Position numbers and translations under genes: made by a program. Under the pieces are notes generated by a model. The model worked only from the letters and a program-made list of their open reading frames with translations, was not told the DNA's origin and searched no databases. A stretch of DNA of 64,000 nucleotides from Ramazzottius varieornatus (lineage: Eukaryota; Animalia; Tardigrada). Of this stretch, positions 50,822-62,924 are shown piece by piece (within the stretch, counting starts at the first letter, position 1; the number at the start of each line of letters is the position of its first letter). The stretch is from NCBI GenBank assembly GCA_001949185.1, contig BDGG01000013.1:496001-560000 (forward strand), in the 5' to 3' direction.

Positions 50822-52941
50822 CTACACGATTTGGTCCGGGAAACCAGGCCAGAAAATGTTCCACAAAATAGCAAAGATAAAAAGCATAAAAGTAAGGACC
50901 AGGCATATCCACCAGAAGACGCGCTCCCATGCCGCTTTGCGCAGGTTCCTCAGGCAGACAACGCCCATCAGGAAGCCGCACACAGCGCCGCAAAAGTGCG
51001 CCGTGTACCCTATGCGCGGTCGATCCGTTCCTTCGTAGAAGTGTCGGTAGTAGACGGCCACACCGACGTCCGAACCGACCAGCAGTATCCAGAAGACCAG
51101 CCGGATCCAGTTGTACTCCATCTCTTTCCAGTTCTACAAAAAAGACAAAAATGATTTTATGAAATCATTGTACACGCAGGACGAGAAATTACGGCACAGT
51201 AGAAATTATGGTACAGGCCTTTTCGCTACGGCGGTAGGGGAGCACGTACGTACGCAACCGATTCACAGTAATACACTTTTCGACACTTTTCTACGGTCGA
51301 ATTTCCTTTTCGCCGTCCTTTCCGCCTGTCCCATAATTTTTACTGTACCATAGTTTCTCGTCTTGCGTGTACAGCATCTTGATACTGTACAAGTGATCCG
51401 TATAAAGTGACCGTAGAAAATTTCCAGAATTCATCGTTGTCTCTCCGTGATGTACGACAGTACTTTCTGACTCGAGGGACACCGAACACTAAGGCTTATC
51501 AAGAATGATCATTTTCAGCTGAATATTTCACATGAATGAAGACTTACAATAACGATACTGGCCAAATGAGCCGCAATCAAAGCATATACTCCACCGCTAG
51601 CTCCTGCCAGAAAGACATTCGGGTCCGTCACCGAAGTTCCTAGTGATCCAGCCACCACTCCCAACAAATAGACCAGAGCTAGACAACAACAAAGCAAACC
51701 CCCATAAAAATCTTACAAGGATAGTTGGACAAGAAAGACCCGAAGTGCCCATACGTACCGACTCGCCAGTACTTGTGGACGAGCTCCAAAGGTATCCCCA
51801 GGATGAGTTGAACCAGCAGGTTAACAATCAGATGCCACCATCTGAAAACAGACAGATTTACAGGCGGAAGGAAGGAAAGAAATGGAAGGAAAGTTACCCA
51901 GCGTGGACCAGCATGTACGACAACAGCCTCCAAGCTTCCTTCCGTCTGTAAGGATTGTACAGTAGGATGTCCTTGCGATCCACTCCGTGGTTCATACCCA
52001 TGCCTCCCTTGATAGTGAAGTGATAGTACAAGGCCAGACCTAGCTCTGTCAAGGAAATCAGGATCATGAAGATGGGCGGTGGGCAGCAGCTGTAGTGCCG
52101 CAGTTCTGACTCGACAAAATCTGGACGATCACTTTCAGGGACGACCACGTAGGAAGCTATAGCTAGCACTTTCTGGAAACGATCCAGATGTGCGTGTTCA
52201 TCTACCAACTCCACCTATAAAAGAACCATAATCTATAAGTTGGTTCAGAGACCGCGGAATGACCATCCGAGAACTTTCTCACTCTCACTTTCAATGGCGG
52301 AGTACCATCCACTTTATGCACGTCGACTGCGCTAACCGACCGGAACGATACAATGTGCGTTGAGCGCCCGCATCATGCGGCGCACATTGTCCATTGGTAG
52401 CCATTGGTGTGCGCCACCGGAGCCCGGAAGCAACAAGTTTTACACTCTGGTATGCCGTAAGGCAGAAACACTTGGGACCGATTTCACGTCACCATCAAGT
52501 GTCTACCACCAAGTGGCTTTGGACGCAACAGCGTGACTACCACAGCCAAACACGGTTCGACAAACCAAATTTAATTTGATTCTTACCAGTCGAAGAAATT
52601 CATGAAATTCCAGATATCCGTCGCGATTCAAGTCTGCTCTTCGAAGTAAATCATCTCGGATCTGTTCTGGCATGCTCAACTCCTTGCCTTGCTGCAGCCG
52701 GTGGATCATGTGTCGGATCTTGATCTTTCCATCGCCGTCCACGTCTAGCTCTTGAAAGATACCCAGCCATCTCTGTCGAGATAAGACACAGGTGAGATTC
52801 ATCTACCAGTTCACCTGTGAGGGAAACCATTCTTACGTGTTCTAGCTCCCAATCCGGCTGGTAGTCTTTCAGGTCCATCCGTCCCGGACCTCTTCCCACA
52901 TATTGGGACTCCATCTTGCCGCCTTCCAAGTCCGGATACAT
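50822..52941 (-). CDS. Rhomboid intramembrane serine protease with EF-hands, paralog 2
   Basis: DVDGDGKI and [15 protein letters not shown]-hands, [27 protein letters not shown]. Confidence 0.9.
51173..51369. mobile_element. TA-flanked MITE in the rhomboid intron (family shared with 62520-62716)
   Basis: TIR CACGCA(G/A)GACGAGAAA...AATTATGG; the internal region matches 62520-62716. Confidence 0.85.
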
Positions 52942-53512
52942 CGCACTGACTTCGTTAAGAGGAGGTGAGAGTCAATCGACAATTTACGCGTTGATAAGTA
53001 ATGACTTTCCCGTCGTTTCCGGTTTCCGCCAATTGTTCGCGATCGATAAGCACAACCCTCGCTTAAAATTTCGTAATGGTCGCAAAATTAGTCATGAGCT
53101 TCTACACAATGCAACCAGAGGAGATATGGTACTACTAGCTACAAACTCAGAAATGTAAATTAAATTTTGTCATGGCTGTTTATCAGCGAAAGGCAGAAAG
53201 ACAACAAGCGAGAGTAAACTGGGTGTGTTTGATCAGTTCTCCTCTGGTTCTCGCTCCTCTCGTTCATGCAGACATCGCTGACTCTCCGCCGTCAACAGCT
53301 ATATAGACTCATAGTTCAAGTTACAGATTAGTCATCTACACACTACGGTTCGTTACTCATGATATGATCCCATGACGTCCAAAAGGAGTCGGACATGTTA
53401 CCATTGCCCACTTGAACAAGCGCGGCGATGTAGCAACTCACGATTGTTAAGCCTGTCTGCGATGACATCACGCGGCTCGGAAAGCGGGGTCGCTAAGATC
53501 GTTTTTCAAGAC

Positions 53513-55528
53513 GCAGTGGCGCGCTCTTATTGCCGGAAAGTTTGAATGAGTGCGTCACTTGGGAAACTATCTGTTCAACTCTATTCGCTGAGCGACTGGT
53601 CGCGCTTCTATTCTTCCGACTGCCTTGACAAAGGTGCTAGACTTTCACTGGTTCATTTTTTAGGAACGAGGGAAGAATGCCGCGGTATAAGTCTTGTGCA
53701 GTGGTCGATTGTTGCCTTGTTGGAACAGAGTCTCACCCACCACCAAAGAGAGCAACTGTACAGGAATCCTGCACTCCTTCCCGAATAGAGAAGGGTATCC
53801 AGCTGAATACGATTTTTAGGTCAAGTTCTGCGGACGTGAAGATGACGGCCCAACAGACATAGGTGAGCCGGAAAGCACTGAAGTGGACGAAGAGAATCTC
53901 ATTCACACCCTTCCTGTTTTGCACACGGACGAAAGAATAGCTGTCCCGTTTGGGTCAGAAAACGGACTTCCCCGTGAACGCACACCAGAGAAGCTGATGG
54001 TGGAAGACTCTGGGAACACTGTCGGAGAGTTGATCGTTAAGACTGCTGAATCCGACTTGATAGATGAATAAATAATAAACCAGCCTTTGAAGCTAGACTT
54101 CCCGATGTACCGCTGGCAAAGCTTCCCGCAAAGTGGGTTCTGCTCTCAGCTCAGCTGGATTACGTCCTTTTCGTAGAGGTCGATGCAGTCACGACAGAAA
54201 TTCCTCGTCAAGTTGCAGTATTACTTAACGCGAGTGAATTTCGAGCTCGGCAAACAAACTCGGCAAGACTGCTCTGTCAAGCGGCGCGCGTTGTCCTTGT
54301 TCTCATTTGAACGCGTGCGCCACTGAAAAAGGCTGTATTTCCAAGCGACGCAGATTCTAAGTATTATTTGCTGGGAACGTGCGCCACTTGGACAGAGGAT
54401 CTTGTCGAGTTTGTGTGCCTAGGTCCCCGCCCCTTTTTCGTGGATAAACAACGAGATTATCCCATTGTTGTTTGATTAAGCCCAATTGAAATACGGATTG
54501 ACTTCTAAGTCGGTGCGTTTTCTTTTTTTTCAGGTGTAGTGATTCGGTTTTCCGGTTTGGAATACGCCGGTAAGGCCTCTGAGCAGTTCTTTCCTCTGTC
54601 AACCTTGGAGATGCTGGAGCTGTTGCTGGGATCGGTCGCTACTGCTCGACGCTGCTTTAGTCACCCCAAATGCCCTTCCTGTGCCTTCAGCCCCGCTGAA
54701 TTCTTCCGGTCAGCCCTTGTTGATTCGTGCCGTTCCTTCGGTGGCACTTCCGGTCGAGCAAAACGTCGAGAAACCCAGGCGTTCCCGATGGTCGCCCAAC
54801 TGCGAGCTCATCACATCCAAGTTTCGGACTAAGTGCAGCAAAATGTGCGTTCACGGCCTCGAGAAATCGAGAAGAAGAGATCGCTACAAGAAAAAGAGGA
54901 AGAATGGCAAAGTCAAAGTCAAAGTCCGCGAACCTGAAGAGGAGCCTTGTCGGATTTATTTCACCGTTGAACCGGCCGCTTAGATTCCATACTGCCGTTA
55001 TCTTCTTTAGTCGTTGCCAAAAGGTCTAACTTGGACACGTCGTGTTGAGAATTACTGCGGGCAAAGAACTTGACTTGCGTTCCTACTTTCTCCCTGAGAA
55101 AGCTTCACCTCTGTAGAGATGTTTGCCGAGTCGGTCCGTGAAAGTGACGAAATTATTCGTACTTCTCAATTTGATCGACTTGATGTTCCGTTGACGAGGG
55201 GCTAGTAACTCAGCCTGTAAGCTTCTCCGATATCCTCCTGGCGAGCCTGGCAGAAAAGTGGGGCGCTTGCTCTGTTTTAAGCCAGAACGTATTCTCTTTG
55301 GAGACACCGATGTAACGACCATGGACATTCCCCGCCAAGTCGCCGTCCGGCCGACTGGAGTAAGCTCAGAGCTCAGCAAATAAACTCGGCTAGATTGTTT
55401 CCTCAAGTGGCGGACGTTTTCAACAATATTGGCTGGAAGGGTGTGCGACTTGGAAACGACCTTGGCGAGTTTTATTTCCCAAGTGGCGCACATTTTCAGC
55501 CAATAACATCGAGTGGGTGCGCCACTTT
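53513..55528. repeat. Five palindromic elements (53513-53561, 54278-54326, 54342-54390, 55404-55452, 55480-55528)
   Basis: All have 12-bp inverted arms and 25-nt spacers. Confidence 0.8.
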
Positions 55529-56191
55529 GAAATATTTGTGTGTCGAGTTTGGTTTCCGAGCTCCCGTTCTTTTGGAAGGATTATTACTGTGATGCTTCCT
55601 GAACTTCGCGAATCACGTGATCGCGCGCGTGGAGTTAAACCCCGGTCCGGTGACTATACAACCCTCGGGGGGATGTTTTGCGCGTATCATGACGTGTTTC
55701 GCGAAGTTGAAGAAGCATTACAGTATTTTACGAATGTTTAAGAAGAATGTTAACAATCGTTTTTTGGTTTTCAGGTGTGAAAGTTCGGATTCGTGGGTTG
55801 GTGTGAAAGTTCGGATTCGTGGGTTGGTGTAAAACTGAAACGCTTTCCAAGAATTCTTACCTCTGACCATGCTCGCCAGATTCGAGTTGTTGGCGGTTTG
55901 TTTTTGTTATTCAGGTCGTCCCGTCGAAGAACCTCTTTCAACTCCGAGGAAGCCGTTAGTAGGCTGTTATGGCCACTGCCAACATCTAGGCAGCCGAAAG
56001 TGGGCAACAGTGAATGGCGACGCATACGGCAATCCTACGGGAAGTGCGAGCTTATCATCTGGGGCCGCCTGACATGGCGGTGTGATAGCTGCTCGAACGA
56101 CCTGTGGAATGAAAGGAAGTGGGACAAGTACAGACAGACGCCGAAGTGGGTGAGACTGAATGGAAAGACGACGGGGGAAGGTGAAGAGTAA
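53677..56191 (+). pseudogene. Degenerate THAP-domain / P-element-like transposase-derived sequence
   Basis: MPRYKSCAVVDC ... frameshift ... LHSFPNR...DF*VKFCGR, with TAG where THAP has Trp. Two related CELI...C-x2/3-C segments at ~54800 and ~56045. Confidence 0.45.
55774..55830. repeat. 26-bp perfect tandem duplication
   Basis: GGTGTGAAAGTTCGGATTCGTGGGTT x2 plus GGTGT. Confidence 0.9.
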
Positions 56192-56766
56192 GACGGAGTA
56201 CCATGTCGGATGTCGAAAGTCCGTTTCATTATTGTGCCCGTTACCTTGCCCTGATCTCGTGCTCTTTTGGACGAATGTAAGTGCTTGATTTTTCTAATTT
56301 CCAGTTTTCTCTTATTGTTGATTTTGAGGATTTCTCCAGTTTCGTAGCTCACGAGTTACGACAAGAATGAACGATGTTTCCTGGTCGTTGTTTGGTCCTC
56401 GTCTCCTGAGCGCTGACCTAGCGAATTTTGAAGTAATAAAATATGACCGATAAGGTGGTTAAACAATTCAGATAGCACTTGTATTCGATCAAAGACCTGA
56501 AATGGGCTCGTAAGATTAGGCGGTACAAAAAGAACCTCGAGGACCCCGTACGTCTGGGACAAACGTAGGCATTTAATATATTATCGAAATCATTTACAGT
56601 ATCTTTATACACAAGTCACATCACGCGGGCCTTTGTTTACGATTCCGTTTAAAGAACAGAGCATAGTACACTTGCACTCGAAAGTTTAATTATAGTTCTC
56701 AGGGTTAGATTGTTTTGCTGATTGCAGAATTTTGTTTCGACTGCATGTGTTGACATATAGAGAGTC

Positions 56767-59700
56767 ATGGGAGTTTTGATCAAGACTCATCCCATAGATG
56801 TAGATGGGGTTGACAGGGATACTACGCTACTAATTATCCCGCAAGATGACCCTCCGAAATATGAAGCGGAAATGGAACCCAGGTTGAAGAAGCGCAACAG
56901 GTCGTGCTGTGTTTTGACCGTCATCCTGTGCCTGCTAACCATCCTCACCGTCCACTTTCTTATCCTACCCAACTCGTACCCTTCCACGCTGTTCAGCAAC
57001 CTGTTCAGCGACACCCCGAGTGAATTAGACGTCCAGTCACCGTCCATCTTTGTCAGCGTTCAAGTGGTGAATTACGAGACAAATATTTTATCCGTCGATT
57101 CACCTGACGACAGTGAAGTCGACCATCCGGACCGTTCGTCTGAAGATGTATTGGTGGAAGCCTTGCTACTGGCAATGCTCCAAGAAGCAAAAGAGAGCTT
57201 CGACGCTGAGGAAGCTAAAGAGAAAAGAAAGGAAGTGGAAAGTAAAGGAAGCAGGAATATCAAAGACGATGTCGACGATGATATTCTTACGCCCGAAGAC
57301 AACGACGCTGCCGAGGTTGAAAGCAACGCTGTCTGCTCGACCATGGCGGACGACGATCGCTTTGACTGTCTTCCACAAGGGGACATCAGCGAAGCATCCT
57401 GTATGGCGAGAGGGTGCTGCTGGAATCAACGGTCATCCGTACAGGTATGCTTCGATTTTCATACTATGAAATCAGAATTTTCACGGTAGCTTTCTGCTCA
57501 GCTGAAGTGGCGCATTACGTCACGATTGTAAACCGTGTTACGCTACAGTGTCATACGGTTTTCCGCTACCCGATGACGTACAACGTTTGTTGTGGTTTGA
57601 GCCTCGATATTTCGCTGGGCTGCGCTGACGTTGAGTAAGTTCTGAACAGATGATTGTGTGACGTCAGCTGGCCTTATGTTTCGCATTGGTTGATTGATAT
57701 GCGTTTGATTAGACGTATTTCGGTGGGATGGTGAGCCGTCGGTGGGGAGCATTATTCCCTCCGTTACGAAATCCCGCGGTGAAATCCCGGGTGTACCCAA
57801 TCCCGTGCTATATATATATATATATGCCGGGATGGACAGATCCCGGGATTACTACAAAAAACCCGGGAGCATGAAATATCGGGGAACCCGAATTCCGTGC
57901 TACGTAGTACGTATATCCCACGATCGACAAATTCCGGGATTTGTACGGAAGACCCGGAGGGATGAAATCCCAGAGGAACCTTACAGTAAAAGTCCCGGTG
58001 ATCTCTGCACCATTCTCGGGAATCGCATTCTGTCGGCACTCGCTTTCGGGATCCGTAGAATTTTTTTATGGTTAAGTGAATATGCTGTGAGTAATGACAG
58101 TTGTGAGAGTTTCCCACTTTGTGTGAAACCAGACTGTTCGAAATCCCTGTGCCTGTCGGGTTCCGTCTCTACTGACCCGTTTGAATTCAGCGCACTAATT
58201 CCTCTTCTGCACAATGCGACCGTTATGGATCGAATTCGTTACTTTACCTGGATCTCACTCCATGTTGCATCAGCGCTTGCCAAACGCTTTTGCATTAGGT
58301 TACAGAACGGGATTAATACAAAAAAACCCAGGAATGTAGTTTCCCGGGATTATTTGTCGATTCTCGATTTAGTAAATGTATCGAGTGGAGAATTTCCATA
58401 TGTGGGAGTGATCCCGAGGCTTTAGACCACCGGGATTTTCGAAAATTTCCGGGATTTGAGTTTCACGAGATTTGCTACCACTACGTCCGGGATTGTAGTT
58501 CAACGGGATTTTTTGTGATTTCACGGGATCTGGGTGACCCGAGATTTAGTACCACCGGGATTACGCTCGGAAATAGTGAGTCGCGGGATACTGAAATCTC
58601 GGGATTTCGAACCGGTACCGAGCCGTCGCTTGCTTGTTGGTCTTTTGATTGGTTGGTTGTTGCAGATGGTTAACGGGACCGTGAAACTTGGACTTCCGGC
58701 TTGCTTCTACCCATATAAGTACCCGACCTATCGTCTAGAGAACTACAAAGAGACGGCCAACGGCTTTGAAGGAACTCTTCAACGAAGCAAGGACGCCAAA
58801 GACATCTACCCGAACCCTATCAACTCGCTTCGTCTCCAAGTCATCTTCGACACAGCCCAACGGCTTCACGTCAAGATCACCGACGCAACCAAGGACCGCT
58901 ATGAAGTGCCTCTACCCGTACTTCCGGGAGCCCCATTCTCTAAACCTGACACGACGTTGTATGACTTTGTGGTTACGAAGGAACCCTTCAGTTTCCAGGT
59001 CAAACGAAAGAGCACGGGAGGAGTCCTCGTCGATACCGCGACCAACACTTTCGCGTTCTACGATCAGTTCATCCAGATTAGCTCCCTGCTCCCGTCCAAG
59101 TATATCTACGGCCTGGGCGAACATACCGACGCACACTTCCTGCATTCTGTCAACTGGAAACAGTTCACCATGTGGACCACCGACATTTATCCGAACCTGG
59201 TACGGGTACTGATCGAAGTGTTCGTGTTATCTATTGAGTGGCGCACCCTACAGGTCAATAACATTGAATACATGCGCCACTCGATAAAACAGTGCTTTCG
59301 GCTTTGTTTCAGGCTGCGCACGCTCTCAGCCGACAGCAGCAAAAATATGCCACACTTAGTAAAACAAAACAAAAGCTCGGCATACGTTCGTTCTTTACCT
59401 TGGCCACTTTTCTGCGGGCTTACTGAACCCGGTTTGAAAACAACCAACGCTCGTCATACTGCTTTTGTGATCGTTACCGTGGGAAAGCGTATTTCGGCAT
59501 GTTGCTTTTGGATCGGGTGCCGAAATTTGGGTTTGTGATAGTGTTTTCCTCTTTGCAGGAAACGCCACTATACGGTGTCCATCCTTTTTACTTCTCCATG
59601 GAAGAAGACGGAGATGCCAACGGCGTCCTTCTGTTCAACTCGAATGCCATGGACGTGATCCTGCAGCCGACGCCGGCAATCACCTACAGGACCATCGGCG

Positions 59701-62369
59701 GTGTCCTGGACTTTTACTTCTTCCTGGGTCCTTCCCCACAGGACGTGACCAGTCAGTACATGGAGCTGCTAGGCAAACCTCAGATGCCTCCATACTGGGC
59801 TCTCGGTTACCATCTCTGTCGTTGGGGCTATGGGTCCGTCGAGAACACTAGGAAAGTCATGGAGAGGAACTTGGCGGCTGGTATACCTTTGGACGCTCAA
59901 GTAGGCCTCGTCGAAAACTGTCAAGTGTACAGGGCAAATGCAGACACGATGTAACACCGGTAGAAGTCGGAAGTCAGTGCTGACCGTTTGGAAAGATTTA
60001 CAAAAAGAGCCAGTAGCATTTTTCGCATTGCCAAGCTCGACAAATAAAATGGGGCCAGGCCGCTTCCCCCAGTGGCGCACGCTATCAGCCAATTACACTG
60101 GGAACGTGCGTCACTTGAAGCGACGATCTGCATTAACTCTTTTACCGACATTTGATTTTTGTTTCTTTGTCGGACTTTTATTTGTGTTGAAGGAACATTT
60201 TTATGATTGCAGTGGAACGATATTGATTACATGGACAAGAACAAGGACTTCACCATTGATGGCAGCAAGTTTAACGGCATCACCGAGTTCGTCAACGAGG
60301 TTCACGCCAAAGGTCTGCGATACGTGGTGATTGTCGACCCAGGTATCAGTTCAGCTGAGGCACCTGGCTCTTATCAGGCTTACACCGACGGACTTGCCAT
60401 GAATGTCTTTGTCCAGAACGCATCGGACCAAGTCATCGAAGGCAGAGTATGGACCGGTAACCCACAGGTAAGTGAATCAAGCAGTGTTGGGAAAGAAAGC
60501 CCTGGTAAGTTGGTTGTTATGGCAGGCATACCCGGATTTCACCCATCCGAACATCAGTCAGTACTGGTTGAAGCAAATAACGGATTTCCGCAAGGTGGTG
60601 CCGGTGGACGGTCTGTGGATCGACATGAACGAACCGTCTAACTTTGTCGACGGAAGTATGGTGGGATGTCCAAAAGACAGCAGCTTGGAAAATCCCCCGT
60701 ACTTGCCGAATATCGCGGGCAAGACACTGAATACTAGAACGCTGTGTATGACCGCCAAGCATCACGCAGGTATAATCCAGCGGGAAGAGTCAGATAGATT
60801 TCGTCTCTAAACGAACCCGTGCGTCGAAAAAATGTCAAAATGAAGATTCCGGTTTTTGTCCGAGGCTTCAGTTTGGACGGTAACACTTCAACGGTTCAAG
60901 TACGAAAAACCGTAGGAACGACGTCAAATAGTATTTACTCGTCGCTGCGACCGCTGAGACCGAGTCAACAGAGTTTACAGAGGACACTGACACGAAATGG
61001 ACAATTTGTGTAGCTCTGACTTTTTTTTCTAGGTCTTCACTACAATCTGCATTCCACTTACGGAATCTACCAAGCTAAAGCCACTCAAGCCGCTTTGCTG
61101 CAAGTCTTCCCCAACAAGCGCCCCTTCGTAGTGTCCCGGTCGACTTTCGTTGGTCAAGGCCAGTACTCGGCTCACTGGACGGGCGACGAGAGCTCCAGCT
61201 GGTCAGACCTGCAGACCAGCATCGGCGACATTCTCAACTTCAACATGTTCGGCATCCCCTTCGTCGGTGCGGACATTTGCGGCTTCGGCGACAACGCCAC
61301 TGAAGAACTGTGCCTGCGATGGCATCAGCTAGGCGCTTTCTACCCCTTCTCACGCAACCACAACGCCGTCAGCAACCGCGACCAAGGTAAGCCCTTTACT
61401 GGGGCATTTATCAAGTGGCGCATGTTTGCCGTTTTATTTGCTGGAAGCTTGCGCCACTTGGGAATGTAATCCGGATGCGCTACTTTTGCCGAGCTGCCGT
61501 TTCTGCTCACATCGAAAACTGCTCCACTGCATGGTACCGTAATTAGACCAACGTGCTCTAGAGATTATTTTCCTCCAAAATTGTTTGTGGTTACAGATCC
61601 GGCTGCCTGGTCGCCCGCCGCCACCGAAGCCATCAGAACGGTTCTCCTAACCCGTTACAGTCTGCTACCTTACTACAGTACCCTCCTCTTTCGGGCTAGT
61701 ATAAGTGGCCACACTGTAGTCCGGCCGCTCTTCTTCGAGTTCGCGCACGACAAACGAACTTACTCGATCGACGCGCAGTTCCTCATCGGGTCCTCCGTCA
61801 TGCTCTCCCCCGTCACCACACCCAACACCACCAAGATCCTGGCGTACTTGCCGGAAGGTCGCTGGTTCGACTTTTACAGCTTGAAAAAGATCAGCGATAA
61901 GGGTGGTGAGTGGATTGAGCTGGATGCTCCGTTGGACAAAGTCAATGTGCACTTGAGAGAAGGAGGGATTGTCCCCATGCAGAAACCGGAAGTGACGACG
62001 GGGAAGACTCGGCAGAACCCGATTGACTTGGTGGTAATGCTGGATAAGACCGGGAAGGCATGTGGAGAGGTTTACTGGGATGACGGTGAACAGATGGACG
62101 TATTGCAGAAGGGCGACTTCTCACTGGTGCAGTTCGAGATGAAGAATGGCAAGTTGAAATCGACAGTAGTGAATGATAAGTACAAGGATGTGCCGGCGAT
62201 GGGCTCGGTCAGGGTGGTGGGACTGGAAAGAACGGTCAAGAAGGTGGTGTGGAATGGTGGGGAGGAAGTAGACTTTGTGTTCAATGACCATACTGTCATG
62301 GTCAAGGTGGGAGAAATGCTGGGAAAGGAGAGTACGGTGGCCATGGAATTCGAAATGGAGTTTTTCTAG
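56767..62369 (+). CDS. GAA: GH31 lysosomal alpha-glucosidase / maltase-glucoamylase-like
   Basis: N-terminal TM segment, trefoil domain ([14 protein letters not shown]), [53 protein letters not shown]. Confidence 0.92.
57742..58619. mobile_element. Foldback/hAT-like non-autonomous insertion in the GAA intron
   Basis: Multiple AATCCCG repeats in the left arm and CGGGAT(T) in the right arm. Flanking 9-bp direct repeat GAGCCGTCG at 57733-57741 and 58620-58628. Confidence 0.6.
59235..61460. repeat. Palindromic elements in GAA introns (59235-59283, 59310-59358, 60069-60117, 61412-61460)
   Basis: 12-bp inverted arms with 25-nt spacers. Confidence 0.85.
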
Positions 62370-62519
62370 TTTGAATGAAATCTTTCATCCCCAGCAAACT
62401 GTGTGTACTTTGATTTACTTTGTGCTGACATGACTTGTTTTAGTCAGTCCACTTTTAAGAGGTGTCACTTGGACCGCTGAACTCACTTTTCTACGTACAA
62501 GCACAGTCCGTTCTACGTA

Positions 62520-62716
62520 CACGCACGATAACAAATAATGGGCCAGTAAAAATTATGGACCAGGCTCTTTCGCTACAGCGGTACGGAAGCACGTACGTAG
62601 GCGACCGATTTAAAGTGATACACTTTCCGACACTTTTCTACGGTTGAATTTCCATTTTGCCGTCCTTCGCGTCTGTCCCATAATTGTTACTGGCTCATAA
62701 TTTCTCGTCATGCGTG
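62520..62716. mobile_element. TA-flanked MITE (family shared with 51173-51369)
   Basis: TA-CACGCA...TGCGTG-TA; same length (197 bp) as the other copy. Confidence 0.85.
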
Positions 62717-62924
62717 TACTGTATAAGGTAAGAGCTGGGCAAACAAAGCATAGAAGAAATTTGTTTTCCATCGGCGCGTTTCCTGGCTCGAGAAGCGCAA
62801 ACGAAGAGCAACCACATCAGACTGGGTAGCTGAGTGATCCTACGGCACCGAAAGAGACGAGCAGAGAGGTTGGAAACTTCTCCAACAGGCGATGGGATGA
62901 ATGTTGGAAAATCAAGACCTTGTA

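Noticed and set aside
57742-58425. 227-aa ORF inside the GAA intron
   Set aside because: It arises from repetitive element sequence and includes a (TA)n tract; no transposase motifs.
488-61460. CRISPR-like reading of the repeat/spacer palindromes
   Set aside because: The arms are inverted rather than direct, spacers are related to one another, arrays have at most 3 units, there are no cas genes, and the context is eukaryotic introns.
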